Origin: Candidatus Woesearchaeota archaeon | GTDB lineage: Archaea; Nanobdellota; Nanobdellia; Pacearchaeales; GW2011-AR1 | DNA length: 40,850 bases | Reading direction: 5' to 3' | Assembly (NCBI GenBank): GCA_964635935.1 | Contig: CAZWNN010000002.1 | Coordinates: 1 to 40,850 of the forward strand | In this document: piece by piece, positions 7,406 through 15,360 of the stretch | How the letters are laid out: every line of letters starts with the position of its first letter | How positions within the stretch are numbered: position 1 is the stretch's first letter | Made by a program: the position numbers and the translations under genes | The notes under the pieces: model-generated | Databases searched by the model: none | Seen by the model: only the letters and a program-made list of their open reading frames with translations | What the model was told of the DNA's origin: nothing

Positions 7406-9457
7406 ATGGCAGAGGTGTTTGAAGAGGTAGATGCTCCTGAGCGTGTTAAGCCAGGGCTGAAGCAGGAAGAGTTACTTAGTGAGGCGAAGAACTTTCTTAA
7501 TTCTTATAAAAAGGAAATTGGTGAGTCTTCTCGGCGGGGGGATAAAGTGGTTCATATTGATTTTAAGGCACTTTCTGAGGAGTCGCCTGTTCTTGCTGAG
7601 CAGGTTATTTTGAAACCTGAGGAAACCTTGCAACTACTGGAACTTGCTATGACTGAGTCAAATCTTATTGAAGCTCCGCGTGTTAGGATGAGCTCTCTTT
7701 CTGCTTCTCAGAGTATTAAGATTAGATATATTCGGGCGAAACATCTTGGGCAGATGATTGCAATTGAGGGCATTGTTAGGCAGGCTTCAGAAGTTAGACC
7801 GCAGGTTATAAATGCAAGGTTTGAGTGTCCTTCTTGCGGAACTATTATTTCTGTTTTGCAGATTGGCAAGAAGTTTCAGGAGCCGTCGCGATGTTCGTGT
7901 GGGCGGAGGGGGGGTTTTCGGGAATTGACTAAAGATATGGTTGATGCTCAGAGATTGGTGATTGAGGAGAGTCCTGATGATTTAGATGGCGGGGAGCAGC
8001 CAAAGAGGATGAGTGTTTTTCTTAAAGAGGATTTGGTTGAGCCGAAGATGGAGGAGAAGACTGCTCCTGGGAGTAAGGTGAGAATTATTGGGGTTTTAAA
8101 AGAGATTACAATTCATCTTGCAACTGGAGCTCTTTCAACTCGTTTTGATTTGGCAATTGAGGCAAATAATCTTATGCCTTTGGAAGAGAGTTTTGAGGAT
8201 TTGGAAATTAATGAGGAAGATGAGGAGGCGATTAAGGAGTTGGCTGCAGACCCAAAGATTTTAGATAAGGTTGTTGCGAGTATTGCTCCTTCTGTTTGGG
8301 GTTATAAGGAAATTAAGGAGGCTCTGGCCTTGCAGTTGTTTGGCGGGATTAAGAAGATGCGGAGTGACGGGACTTGGACTCGGGGGGATATTCATGTGCT
8401 GCTTGTTGGCGACCCTGGTGTTGCTAAGTCTGTTATGTTGAAGTATATTTCTGGGATTGCTCCTAAGGGAAGGTATGTTTCTGGCAAGTCTGCTTCTGGT
8501 GCTGGTTTGACTGCAACTGTTGTTCGTGATGAGTTTTTGCGAGGGTGGTCGCTGGAGGCTGGGGCTATGGTACTTGCGAACAAAGGAGTGGTTTGTATTG
8601 ATGAGTTAGAGAAGATGGATGAGAATGACAGAAGCACTATGCACGAGGCATTAGAACAACAAACTGTAACAATTTCTAAGGCTAATGTTCAAGCTACACT
8701 TCGTGCTGAGACTGCTGTTCTTGCTGCTGCAAATCCTAAGTATGGCAGGTTTGACCCGACTGAGATGATTGCTAAACAGGTTAATCTTGTTCCTTCGCTT
8801 TTGAATCGTTTTGATGTTATTTTTATTTTGAGAGATATTCCAAATAAAGAGAGAGATGAGTTGATTGCGTCGCATGTTTTGATGGAGCACAAGCAGGAGA
8901 CTAATTATGAATTGATTGATAAGCCTTTGCTGAGAAAATATATTGCTTATGCGCGTCAGAGATGCCGTCCTATTTTGACTAAATCTGCGATGGATGAGAT
9001 TAAGAATTTTTATGTTACTCTTAGGAACCAGCCGACTATTAGTGATGAAGTTTTGCGGCCGATTCCGATTTCTGCGCGTCAGTTAGAGGCGTTGATTAGG
9101 ATGGCTGAAGGGATTTCAAAGTCAAGGCTTGGGAAAAAAGTAACTATTAATGATGCAAAGAGGGCGATTGCGTTGATGAGATTTTATCTTATGCAGGTTG
9201 GTTATGATGAGGAGACGAAGAGTTTTGATATTGATAAGATTTCTGGGATGCCTGCTTCAAAGAGGGGAAAGATTCATATTATTAAAGAGGTGCTGGCTAA
9301 GTTGGAAGAGAGGTTAGGAAAACTTATTCCAATGGAAGAGATTGAGAAGGCTGTTGAAGGAAAGATGAATAAAGATGAGTTTGAAGAGGCAATTGACAAG
9401 CTGAAAAAAGCTGGGGATATTTTTAATCCTAGGCGGGGATACGTCCAACGTATGTAG
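7406..9457 (+). CDS. mcm: MCM replicative helicase
   Basis: Zn finger CPSCG..(x)..CSCG, Walker A GDPGVAKS, Walker B VCIDELEKM, arginine finger LLNRFDVIF, C-terminal winged helix. ATG at 7406 preferred over the GTG at 7391. Confidence 0.95.
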   Translation: MAEVFEEVDAPERVKPGLKQEELLSEAKNFLNSYKKEIGESSRRGDKVVHIDFKALSEESPVLAEQVILKPEETLQLLELAMTESNLIEAPRVRMSSLSASQSIKIRYIRAKHLGQMIAIEGIVRQASEVRPQVINARFECPSCGTIISVLQIGKKFQEPSRCSCGRRGGFRELTKDMVDAQRLVIEESPDDLDGGEQPKRMSVFLKEDLVEPKMEEKTAPGSKVRIIGVLKEITIHLATGALSTRFDLAIEANNLMPLEESFEDLEINEEDEEAIKELAADPKILDKVVASIAPSVWGYKEIKEALALQLFGGIKKMRSDGTWTRGDIHVLLVGDPGVAKSVMLKYISGIAPKGRYVSGKSASGAGLTATVVRDEFLRGWSLEAGAMVLANKGVVCIDELEKMDENDRSTMHEALEQQTVTISKANVQATLRAETAVLAAANPKYGRFDPTEMIAKQVNLVPSLLNRFDVIFILRDIPNKERDELIASHVLMEHKQETNYELIDKPLLRKYIAYARQRCRPILTKSAMDEIKNFYVTLRNQPTISDEVLRPIPISARQLEALIRMAEGISKSRLGKKVTINDAKRAIALMRFYLMQVGYDEETKSFDIDKISGMPASKRGKIHIIKEVLAKLEERLGKLIPMEEIEKAVEGKMNKDEFEEAIDKLKKAGDIFNPRRGYVQRM

Positions 9458-9477
9458 GGAACGAGCGAGAGGGGGGT

Positions 9478-9537
9478 AATTTACTTTTGACTATTTTAGG
9501 GCGGGTGGGAGGGTTATTTTATTTTCAAAAGTAAATT
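9478..9537. terminator. 13-bp inverted repeat between convergent genes (possible bidirectional terminator)
   Basis: AATTTACTTTTGA (9478..9490) pairs with TCAAAAGTAAATT (9525..9537), between the mcm stop and the stop of 9592..9798(-). Confidence 0.3.
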
Positions 9538-9591
9538 TTAAATTGGGTATGCAAACGAGTGTGGTAGGAGGGGTTTGGGCGGAGGATGTAA

Positions 9592-9798
9592 CTAATCTAC
9601 ATAAGATTGTTGATAATCACAAAATTTAGTAGGGTTAGGATGTTTTCTCCTGTATTTTTCTGATTTATCTAATTGCTCTAAAAATTGTTCAGCCCATTCA
9701 TGAAATTCATCTCTGTTTTTCCTTAGCCTTTCATTTTGTTCTTCCCAACTTAGTTGTTGCCATTCTTCAAATGTTTCTTTTAGTGGGAGATAAACCAT
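9592..9798 (-). CDS. Hypothetical small protein
   Basis: 68-aa ORF, charged and helical-looking. No recognised motif. Confidence 0.4.
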   Translation of the reverse strand: MVYLPLKETFEEWQQLSWEEQNERLRKNRDEFHEWAEQFLEQLDKSEKYRRKHPNPTKFCDYQQSYVD

Positions 9799-9890
9799 AA
9801 TAAATTAAGGATTCACAGGTATTTAATTTTTTTGTTTATTGATAACTGTGTGGTTGATTTTTTGATTATTATGGTTTTGGCTTGTTAGTC

Positions 9891-9945
9891 TTTGCGGAAA
9901 TCCAAACAATCATATAAAATAAGTTTGGATTTCTGTTGGTTTTGC
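9891..9945 (+). repeat. Family R hairpin element copy 1 (candidate structured RNA)
   Basis: TTGCGGAAAT-CCAAAC-[15 nt AT loop]-GTTTGG-ATTTCTGTTGGTTTTG. 13-bp stem 9895..9907 / 9923..9935 with one G.T pair. Confidence 0.65.
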
Positions 9946-10043
9946 AGAGCATCATTCTCATGATAATAAAGATGTTTGTTGTGATTACTTAATATTAACT
10001 CAACCACAACAATCCTTATAAAATAAAACATTTTTCTTAGAAC

Positions 10044-10685
10044 ATGGATGCACTTGAAAATCAAGAGTTCAAGAAGAGAAATGTAGCTTACAAGTTGCGG
10101 GTTGGAGATATTTTGAAGTCAAAGCCTGTGATGTCTGAGGGTGGTGGGGAGACTGCTGCTCGGCTTTTATTTTTGGAGTTGGGAGATAAAAAGATTGTGC
10201 GGGTGAATCTTCTGGCAAATGTTGTTGATAAGTTTGTAAATGATGGTGAGAAGAAGTATGCTTCTGTTACTGTTGATGATGCGTCAGGGCAGATTCGGTT
10301 GAAAGCTTTTGGAGAGGAGATTGTAATTTTGACGGACTGTACTCAGGGAGATACTTTGCAGATTATTGGGAATGTTAGGGAGTGGAATAGTGAGCTTTAT
10401 ATTTTGCCGGAGATTGTGAAGAAGGTTGACCCGAAGTGGCTGCTTGTTCGGAAATTGGAGATTCAGAACTCGCGGAAAGATATTCCTTTGCAGGCAAATG
10501 CTCCTGTGCGTGATGTTGTTTTTGATAAGATTAAGAGTGCAGAGGCTGATGGTGGTGTTGATGTTGACCAGTTAATTATGGATACTGAGGCTTCTCCTGA
10601 TTTGATTAATGCTGAAGTTAAGAAATTATTAGAAGAGGGTTTAATTTATGAGCCACGTCCTGGGCGGTTGAGGTCTCTGGGATAG
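10044..10685 (+). CDS. OB-fold nucleic-acid-binding protein with C-terminal winged helix (RPA32/Stn1-like)
   Basis: Central OB-like segment (VRVNLLANVVDKF....ASVTVDDASGQIRLKAFGE...GDTLQIIGNVREWN.ELYI) and C-terminal wH-like LINAEVKKLLEEGLIYEPRPGRLR. Confidence 0.55.
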   Translation: MDALENQEFKKRNVAYKLRVGDILKSKPVMSEGGGETAARLLFLELGDKKIVRVNLLANVVDKFVNDGEKKYASVTVDDASGQIRLKAFGEEIVILTDCTQGDTLQIIGNVREWNSELYILPEIVKKVDPKWLLVRKLEIQNSRKDIPLQANAPVRDVVFDKIKSAEADGGVDVDQLIMDTEASPDLINAEVKKLLEEGLIYEPRPGRLRSLG

Positions 10686-10744
10686 GTTTGATTTAAGTTT
10701 AGTGGTAAGAAAGATATAAAAAAAATAGATGCTTTTAAAATAAA

Positions 10745-10933
10745 ATGATTGGTGAAAAATCATATCGGCGTTTGGTAAGGGATCGTGCAAGAACAAGGCC
10801 CATCTTAGATGAACATGGAAGACCTGTGTGGCCTGAAGAGCTTTTATCTCCTGATAATTCCCAAGATACCTTAGGTAGTTTTTATGATTCAAATGATTCT
10901 GGGAATAAATCTTCTGAACAAAACGAGATGTAG
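10745..10933 (+). CDS. Hypothetical small protein
   Basis: 62-aa ORF only. No recognised motif. Confidence 0.3.
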   Translation: MIGEKSYRRLVRDRARTRPILDEHGRPVWPEELLSPDNSQDTLGSFYDSNDSGNKSSEQNEM

Positions 10934-10961
10934 TGAGAAATTTTATATTTCTAACGGCTAA

Positions 10962-11016
10962 CTCACGATTCACTCTTTGGAAATTATAGAGAAAATAGCC
11001 AAGAGCAAATCGTTCG
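10962..11016 (+). repeat. Family S hairpin repeat copy 1
   Basis: CTCACGATTCACTCTTTGG-AAATTATAGAGAAAATAG-CCAAGAGCAAATCGTTCG, near-identical to 19792..19846. Confidence 0.7.
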
Positions 11017-11215
11017 GAGGAATGGGGATGATTTCAAATTTTTAATTGGTTATATAATTACATCGGAGATGATATTGGCGAATCTTCGATTCGCTTATAT
11101 CTTGCGTGCCTAACGGCACGCCAAGTTCGCCTTCGGCGATTTGTGATTGTGGTGTGGCTTTGGTGATGTGAGGTTTTTCTGGAGGTTTTTGGGATAAAAT
11201 TCACAATAGTTAACA
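11016..11215. repeat. Hairpin-mosaic repeat, family H copy 2
   Basis: 40-nt block 11016..11055 matches 3888..3927 (1 mismatch). CATCGGAGATGATAT and TTCGCTTATNTCTTGCGTGCCTANCGGCACGCC blocks are shared with H1. TTCGCCTTCGGCG(A)TTTGTGATTGT is shared with 26088..26111. Confidence 0.7.
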
Positions 11216-11420
11216 CTTCTTTTGAGCTGTTTTTCCGTCGACAAAATTAAAAATAAAAAGATTAATAAACAGGGGAGTGCTAAAATATTATTAAAAAGGA
11301 GGTGTCTCGGAAATTTCTGGGATAAACAAACATGGCAAAAAAGAAAAAGGCAAAAAAGAAAAAGAAGTGAGCTTGTCTACTTAATTTTTACACCTTCTTA
11401 TTTATTTTTTTGTTTTGTTA

Positions 11421-11666
11421 TAGATTCCCAATAAATTGCAAGAGCTCTGAAATTCTTCGTCTTTTCTTAAAGTATTCGTCTCTTCCATGGTCGGGGATTC
11501 CTGTATCTTTAGGGATATCTTCAGCAGAAACTTTTTTTACTAAACTAGGTTTTATTCTAACTTCATCTCTTAGTTCTGTATAAATTAGAACTGGGTGTTC
11601 TTCGTTTTCTTGTCTTTCTCCAGAAGCATCATAACCTAAGACAATCCCAAATCTTTCTAAGTGTAA
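11421..11666 (-). pseudogene. Start-less 82-codon open frame (possible gene remnant)
   Basis: Hand translation of the minus strand gives LHLERFGIVLGYDASGERQENEEHPVLIYTELRDEVRIKPSLVKKVSAEDIPKDTGIPDHGRDEYFKKRRRISELLQFIGNL. No in-frame ATG/GTG/TTG near the 5' end, and TAA stop at 11418..11420. Confidence 0.25.
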
Positions 11667-11704
11667 TTAAGGAAAAGAAACAATTTGACCTAATTTAAAA
11701 ACAA

Positions 11705-12547
11705 TCAGTCCTCCTCCAAATCATCCTCTTCCCAGCCGTCTAATTCATCTTCTTCTGCGATTTCTTCAAATTCCAAATCATCGCCGAAAAGATTTTCATG
11801 TTCTTGTTTTTCTTTTTCAAATTTTTCTTTTAAATCTCGTTTTCTTTTCATTTCTTGGAGGTCTGCTAAGGTTATGTTTTCGATATTTTCTTTTTTTGAA
11901 AAGTCGAAGTTTCCTTTTTTTATTTCTGCTAATTTTTGTTTTTTTTCTTCTGGAATCTCTTCAGGAATCTCTCCTCTTTCAACTGCATGTATTTTTTCTT
12001 CTGTTTCTGCGAGTATTCTTTCTTGGACATCTTGTTCTGGCAGAATGAATCTTGGTGCAAGTTCGTGCTCTCTTAGTAATCTTACATCTAGAACCAATTC
12101 AAGTTTTTTCATTGCTTCTTCGAAATTTGGTGGGAGTTGGCCGATTTCTAGTTCTTCTAAAGTTTGTTCTTGGATTGCTGTTGATTTTGAAAGTTGTTCT
12201 ATTGATATTTTTTTTCTTCTTCTTGCCATCTTAATTGCCCAGTAATAATTGTCTATGAGAAGTTCGGAGTGTTGCTTTTCTTTTGGGAATTTTATTTTTG
12301 CGAGATTTTTGTTTGCAACTTTCTGGTCTTCGCTTAATGTTCTTGTTCCCAGGGACATCCTCTCTAATCTTTCGCGAACAGATTGGCTTGACTCAGAAGA
12401 GACTATCTGATTTTCAGAAGGTTTTCTTATAAGGGGAATGTTTTCTGATTCTGCGCAATTTTCACAGATTGGTGAGATTTCTCCTTCGTAAATTCCTTCA
12501 AAGATAGTTGTTTCTTTGTCAGACAGGCTGCAAATTTTGCATCTCAT
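11705..12547 (-). CDS. Zinc-ribbon plus XRE-type HTH protein (MBF1-like) with acidic tail
   Basis: N-terminal CKIC...CENC ribbon, HTH-like ISIEQLSKSTAIQEQTLEELEIGQ, and a highly acidic C-terminus (EEIAEEDELDGWEEDDLEED). Confidence 0.55.
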   Translation of the reverse strand: MRCKICSLSDKETTIFEGIYEGEISPICENCAESENIPLIRKPSENQIVSSESSQSVRERLERMSLGTRTLSEDQKVANKNLAKIKFPKEKQHSELLIDNYYWAIKMARRRKKISIEQLSKSTAIQEQTLEELEIGQLPPNFEEAMKKLELVLDVRLLREHELAPRFILPEQDVQERILAETEEKIHAVERGEIPEEIPEEKKQKLAEIKKGNFDFSKKENIENITLADLQEMKRKRDLKEKFEKEKQEHENLFGDDLEFEEIAEEDELDGWEEDDLEED

Positions 12548-12602
12548 AAAAAAGGGAGAAAAAGGGGGTTTTTATTGATTATTGTGGTTGATTGTATAGT
12601 TT

Positions 12603-13277
12603 CTACTTAAGGTATTGGACAATCTTTTCTTTACCATGGAAGCCCTCTAAAACTATTTCTTCATTGATCACAATCGAAGGAAGATAAGTGATATTATAGA
12701 CTCTTAAAAAAAGATTAACAGAGGAAAGATCTAAATCTCCTGCAATTGGAAGTAAAATTACATCATTTCCCTTATCCTTTTTGATTTCTCCCAAAACATT
12801 TGAGATTGCGCTTTGCTCTGCCTCCTTCGCAAAATTTTCATTTTGAGTATAAATGTAAGAGATGGTATTAAATGGATTTTTACATTTTTGTTTTAATAAA
12901 ATACTATTAAGCCAAAGCTCTGTCTTTAATAGAACATATTTTTTCTTTTCAAGTAAGAGGTCTTCTGTTAATTCATTTACATCTTCATACTTTTGTATTT
13001 TCAAACCTTTTTCATAGATCTCATCTGCAAATCTTAAATTTTCTTGGATGGCCCTATCGCAATCAGCAAGTTCTATTGTTTGATAATAATAATTTTGCAA
13101 TCTTAAATTTAAAGCTTCTATTTCAAAACTTTTGTAATCTTCTATTATATTTTTCGTTCGATTATATTCTATATAGAACCCCAAAAATAATCCGATTATT
13201 AATATTAAAAAAGTTAAAATTAAAGTTTCTATGAAAATTCTATGTTTACTTCTTAATTTAACTATTTCGTATACCAT
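12603..13277 (-). CDS. Membrane-anchored hypothetical protein
   Basis: Single N-terminal TM (IFIETLILTFLILIIGLFLGFYI). 16-nt overlap with the upstream GT2 gene. Confidence 0.5.
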   Translation of the reverse strand: MVYEIVKLRSKHRIFIETLILTFLILIIGLFLGFYIEYNRTKNIIEDYKSFEIEALNLRLQNYYYQTIELADCDRAIQENLRFADEIYEKGLKIQKYEDVNELTEDLLLEKKKYVLLKTELWLNSILLKQKCKNPFNTISYIYTQNENFAKEAEQSAISNVLGEIKKDKGNDVILLPIAGDLDLSSVNLFLRVYNITYLPSIVINEEIVLEGFHGKEKIVQYLK

Positions 13278-14482
13278 CCAAATTCTCCTTTTATTAACTT
13301 ATAAATAGACATTAATAAAGGTATTGTGTATAAGGGACGGTAAACAAAGGCGTAAATAAGAATTCCAAAAATGCCTCTTTTTTCAGAATCTCTTAGAGCA
13401 AGTTTATAATAAACTATACTAAGTGCTAAAAAAGATAGTCCAAAAATTATTAAGATTGTGAAATAAAAATCTATTTTGAAAAATAATAAGGGGTTGTAAC
13501 CTTGTAATAGGTAAGGGGATAAAAATAAATAATTTGAAAATTTTAACCAGAAAAACCTTGCTAAGAGGATTATGCCTATTAAAGCCAAAATAAATGAGAA
13601 AGTAACATAAGTAATTACAAAATAACCAAAGATATTTTCTCTTAATGCATATTTTTTATATTTATAAATAGTTTGCAATCCCCCTAAATTCCACCTAACT
13701 CTTTGGTTGATCCATTGTTTAATCCTAGAAGGTACGGTAGTATAAACTTTTGCTGAATAAGACATTTTTGTTTGATAGCCCTTACTAAGAAGATGCCATG
13801 TGATTTCTATATCTTCGGTCATATTTTTTGGATCAAACCCTCCAAGTTTTTTTGCAGCTTTTGTATTATAGATACTTAAGGGGCCATTAGTAACATAGAC
13901 TGAATCTACATAATCTAAAAGTTTTCTTGTCCAAGCAATTACGTTATAATCAAGATCTTGATATTTTTCAATAAAATTATTTTTGTTTTTAACCAAAACC
14001 CTAGAGGTCACTGCGGCAATTTTTTCATCTTGCTCAAAAAAACCAACCATTTTTATTAAAGCCTCTTTTTCAGGATAGGAATCTGCATCTGTAACTGCAA
14101 ATAATTCTGTATTCACAAGTTTTAATGCTTGATTTAGAGAATCAGCTTTTCCAGAATTCTTCTTATCTAAAAATTTAATGTTTTTATATTTTTTTACAAA
14201 CCCCCTTATAATTTCTGCTGTTTTGTCTTTTGAACCATCATTAATTATAATAATTTTCTTTTTATCCTTGGGATATGTTAGATTTAAAAGAGATTTAATT
14301 GTATTGCCTATTGACTTTTCTTCATTATATGCTGGAACAAGAAAGGTTATTGTTGGAAATCTTTTTGAGGGCGGATAATCATAAAGTTTGTTCCAATTTT
14401 TGAAATGTAAGAGCAAAAATAAAAGTAAAAAGTAAATTCCAAAAAAGAACATAATTATGTAAGTTATAGTAATTGTTTTCAT
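13262..14482 (-). CDS. Family 2 glycosyltransferase, processive type (QxxRW)
   Basis: YNEEKSI, DGSKDKT, DADS, TEDIEITW and QRVRW motifs, with multiple C-terminal TM helices. Confidence 0.85.
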   Translation of the reverse strand: MKTITITYIIMFFFGIYFLLLFLLLHFKNWNKLYDYPPSKRFPTITFLVPAYNEEKSIGNTIKSLLNLTYPKDKKKIIIINDGSKDKTAEIIRGFVKKYKNIKFLDKKNSGKADSLNQALKLVNTELFAVTDADSYPEKEALIKMVGFFEQDEKIAAVTSRVLVKNKNNFIEKYQDLDYNVIAWTRKLLDYVDSVYVTNGPLSIYNTKAAKKLGGFDPKNMTEDIEITWHLLSKGYQTKMSYSAKVYTTVPSRIKQWINQRVRWNLGGLQTIYKYKKYALRENIFGYFVITYVTFSFILALIGIILLARFFWLKFSNYLFLSPYLLQGYNPLLFFKIDFYFTILIIFGLSFLALSIVYYKLALRDSEKRGIFGILIYAFVYRPLYTIPLLMSIYKLIKGEFGWYTK

Positions 14483-15033
14483 TATTTCTTACTTTCAATT
14501 TTTTTTTGAACATGAAAGTAATTATAAAAATCTTCTGAGAGGGAGAGTTCTTTTGTTCTTCCGAGTTTTTTTGCGATTAATAAACCAAGCTCGCGGAATT
14601 TGTGAATGTGGTCATAGGATTTGTTTCCTCTTATTTTTACTACAACTGACTGCTTGATTGGCTGTTTGTAAGCAATTACTGCGAGAGTTTCTTGTTCTGA
14701 TCGTGTGAATTCTGCTGCTCCTGTTGCAAGTTTGTTAATAAGATAGTGGTATTTTTCAGCTACATCCATTTTGTAGTTTTGGTTTTTGTTTATTAATTTT
14801 ATTGCTCCTTGGGAGTATTTTTTTTCTAATCTGTAAAGGATTTCTTTTAGCATTATTGGATTAATGTCTGTTAGCATGATTAGGTCTTGGAGGGAGAGAA
14901 ATTTGCCTGAGATGAAGAGGGCTGCTTCTACTTTTTCTTGTGCTTGTTTTTCTTTTTCATCAAAGACATTGTCTAGTTCTTCTGCTGTTTTTTCTGTGAT
15001 TGCGGGGCTTGTTGTTTCCTCTTTTGCTTCCAT
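14482..15033 (-). CDS. scpB: Segregation and condensation protein B
   Basis: EAALFISGKFLSLQDL...LEKKY and TLAVIAYKQPIKQSVVVKIRG winged-helix repeats typical of ScpB. Confidence 0.7.
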   Translation of the reverse strand: MEAKEETTSPAITEKTAEELDNVFDEKEKQAQEKVEAALFISGKFLSLQDLIMLTDINPIMLKEILYRLEKKYSQGAIKLINKNQNYKMDVAEKYHYLINKLATGAAEFTRSEQETLAVIAYKQPIKQSVVVKIRGNKSYDHIHKFRELGLLIAKKLGRTKELSLSEDFYNYFHVQKKIESKK

Positions 15034-15360
15034 GTTATTTTATTGATTTAGAGATTTTAAAGGTTGTTGTGAATGTTTAAATCAATTATTTAGGAATTAT
15101 GGGAAACATAGAGGAGATATTGAAAAAGATGCTCTGCAGAGTTCTCAGAACTTTAATAGCCTCTTTTTTTTGCACCAAAGGTGTACTCTATTAGGGCAGA
15201 AAAAGAAAATTAGGCTTTCAAAATAAAACTAAGATAGGTTAAATTTCTGCTGTAACTTCAAGGATGTTATGGCTAGTTAATGTTATTCAAACTTCTTGTG
15301 TTAATTATAGGTTTACTTGAGAGGCATAATGTTTTTAATTGCGGTTTTCTTAGGAAAAAC

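Noticed and set aside
10641-10973. ORF 10641..10973(-) as a gene
   Set aside because: It overlaps the end of 10044..10685, all of 10745..10933 and the S1 repeat. It is probably a chance open frame.
11222-11434. ORF 11222..11434(+) and the tiny MAKKKKAKKKKK peptide (ATG about 11333) preceded by GGAGGTG
   Set aside because: This is an A-rich low-complexity stretch. The 12-aa Lys peptide has no recognisable homolog (it is not L41e-like in length or sequence). Evidence is insufficient.
15280-15360. N-terminal extension of the Cys-rich protein from 15280
   Set aside because: The classic signal peptide begins at the internal ATG 15361, and the upstream 27 codons are not signal-like.
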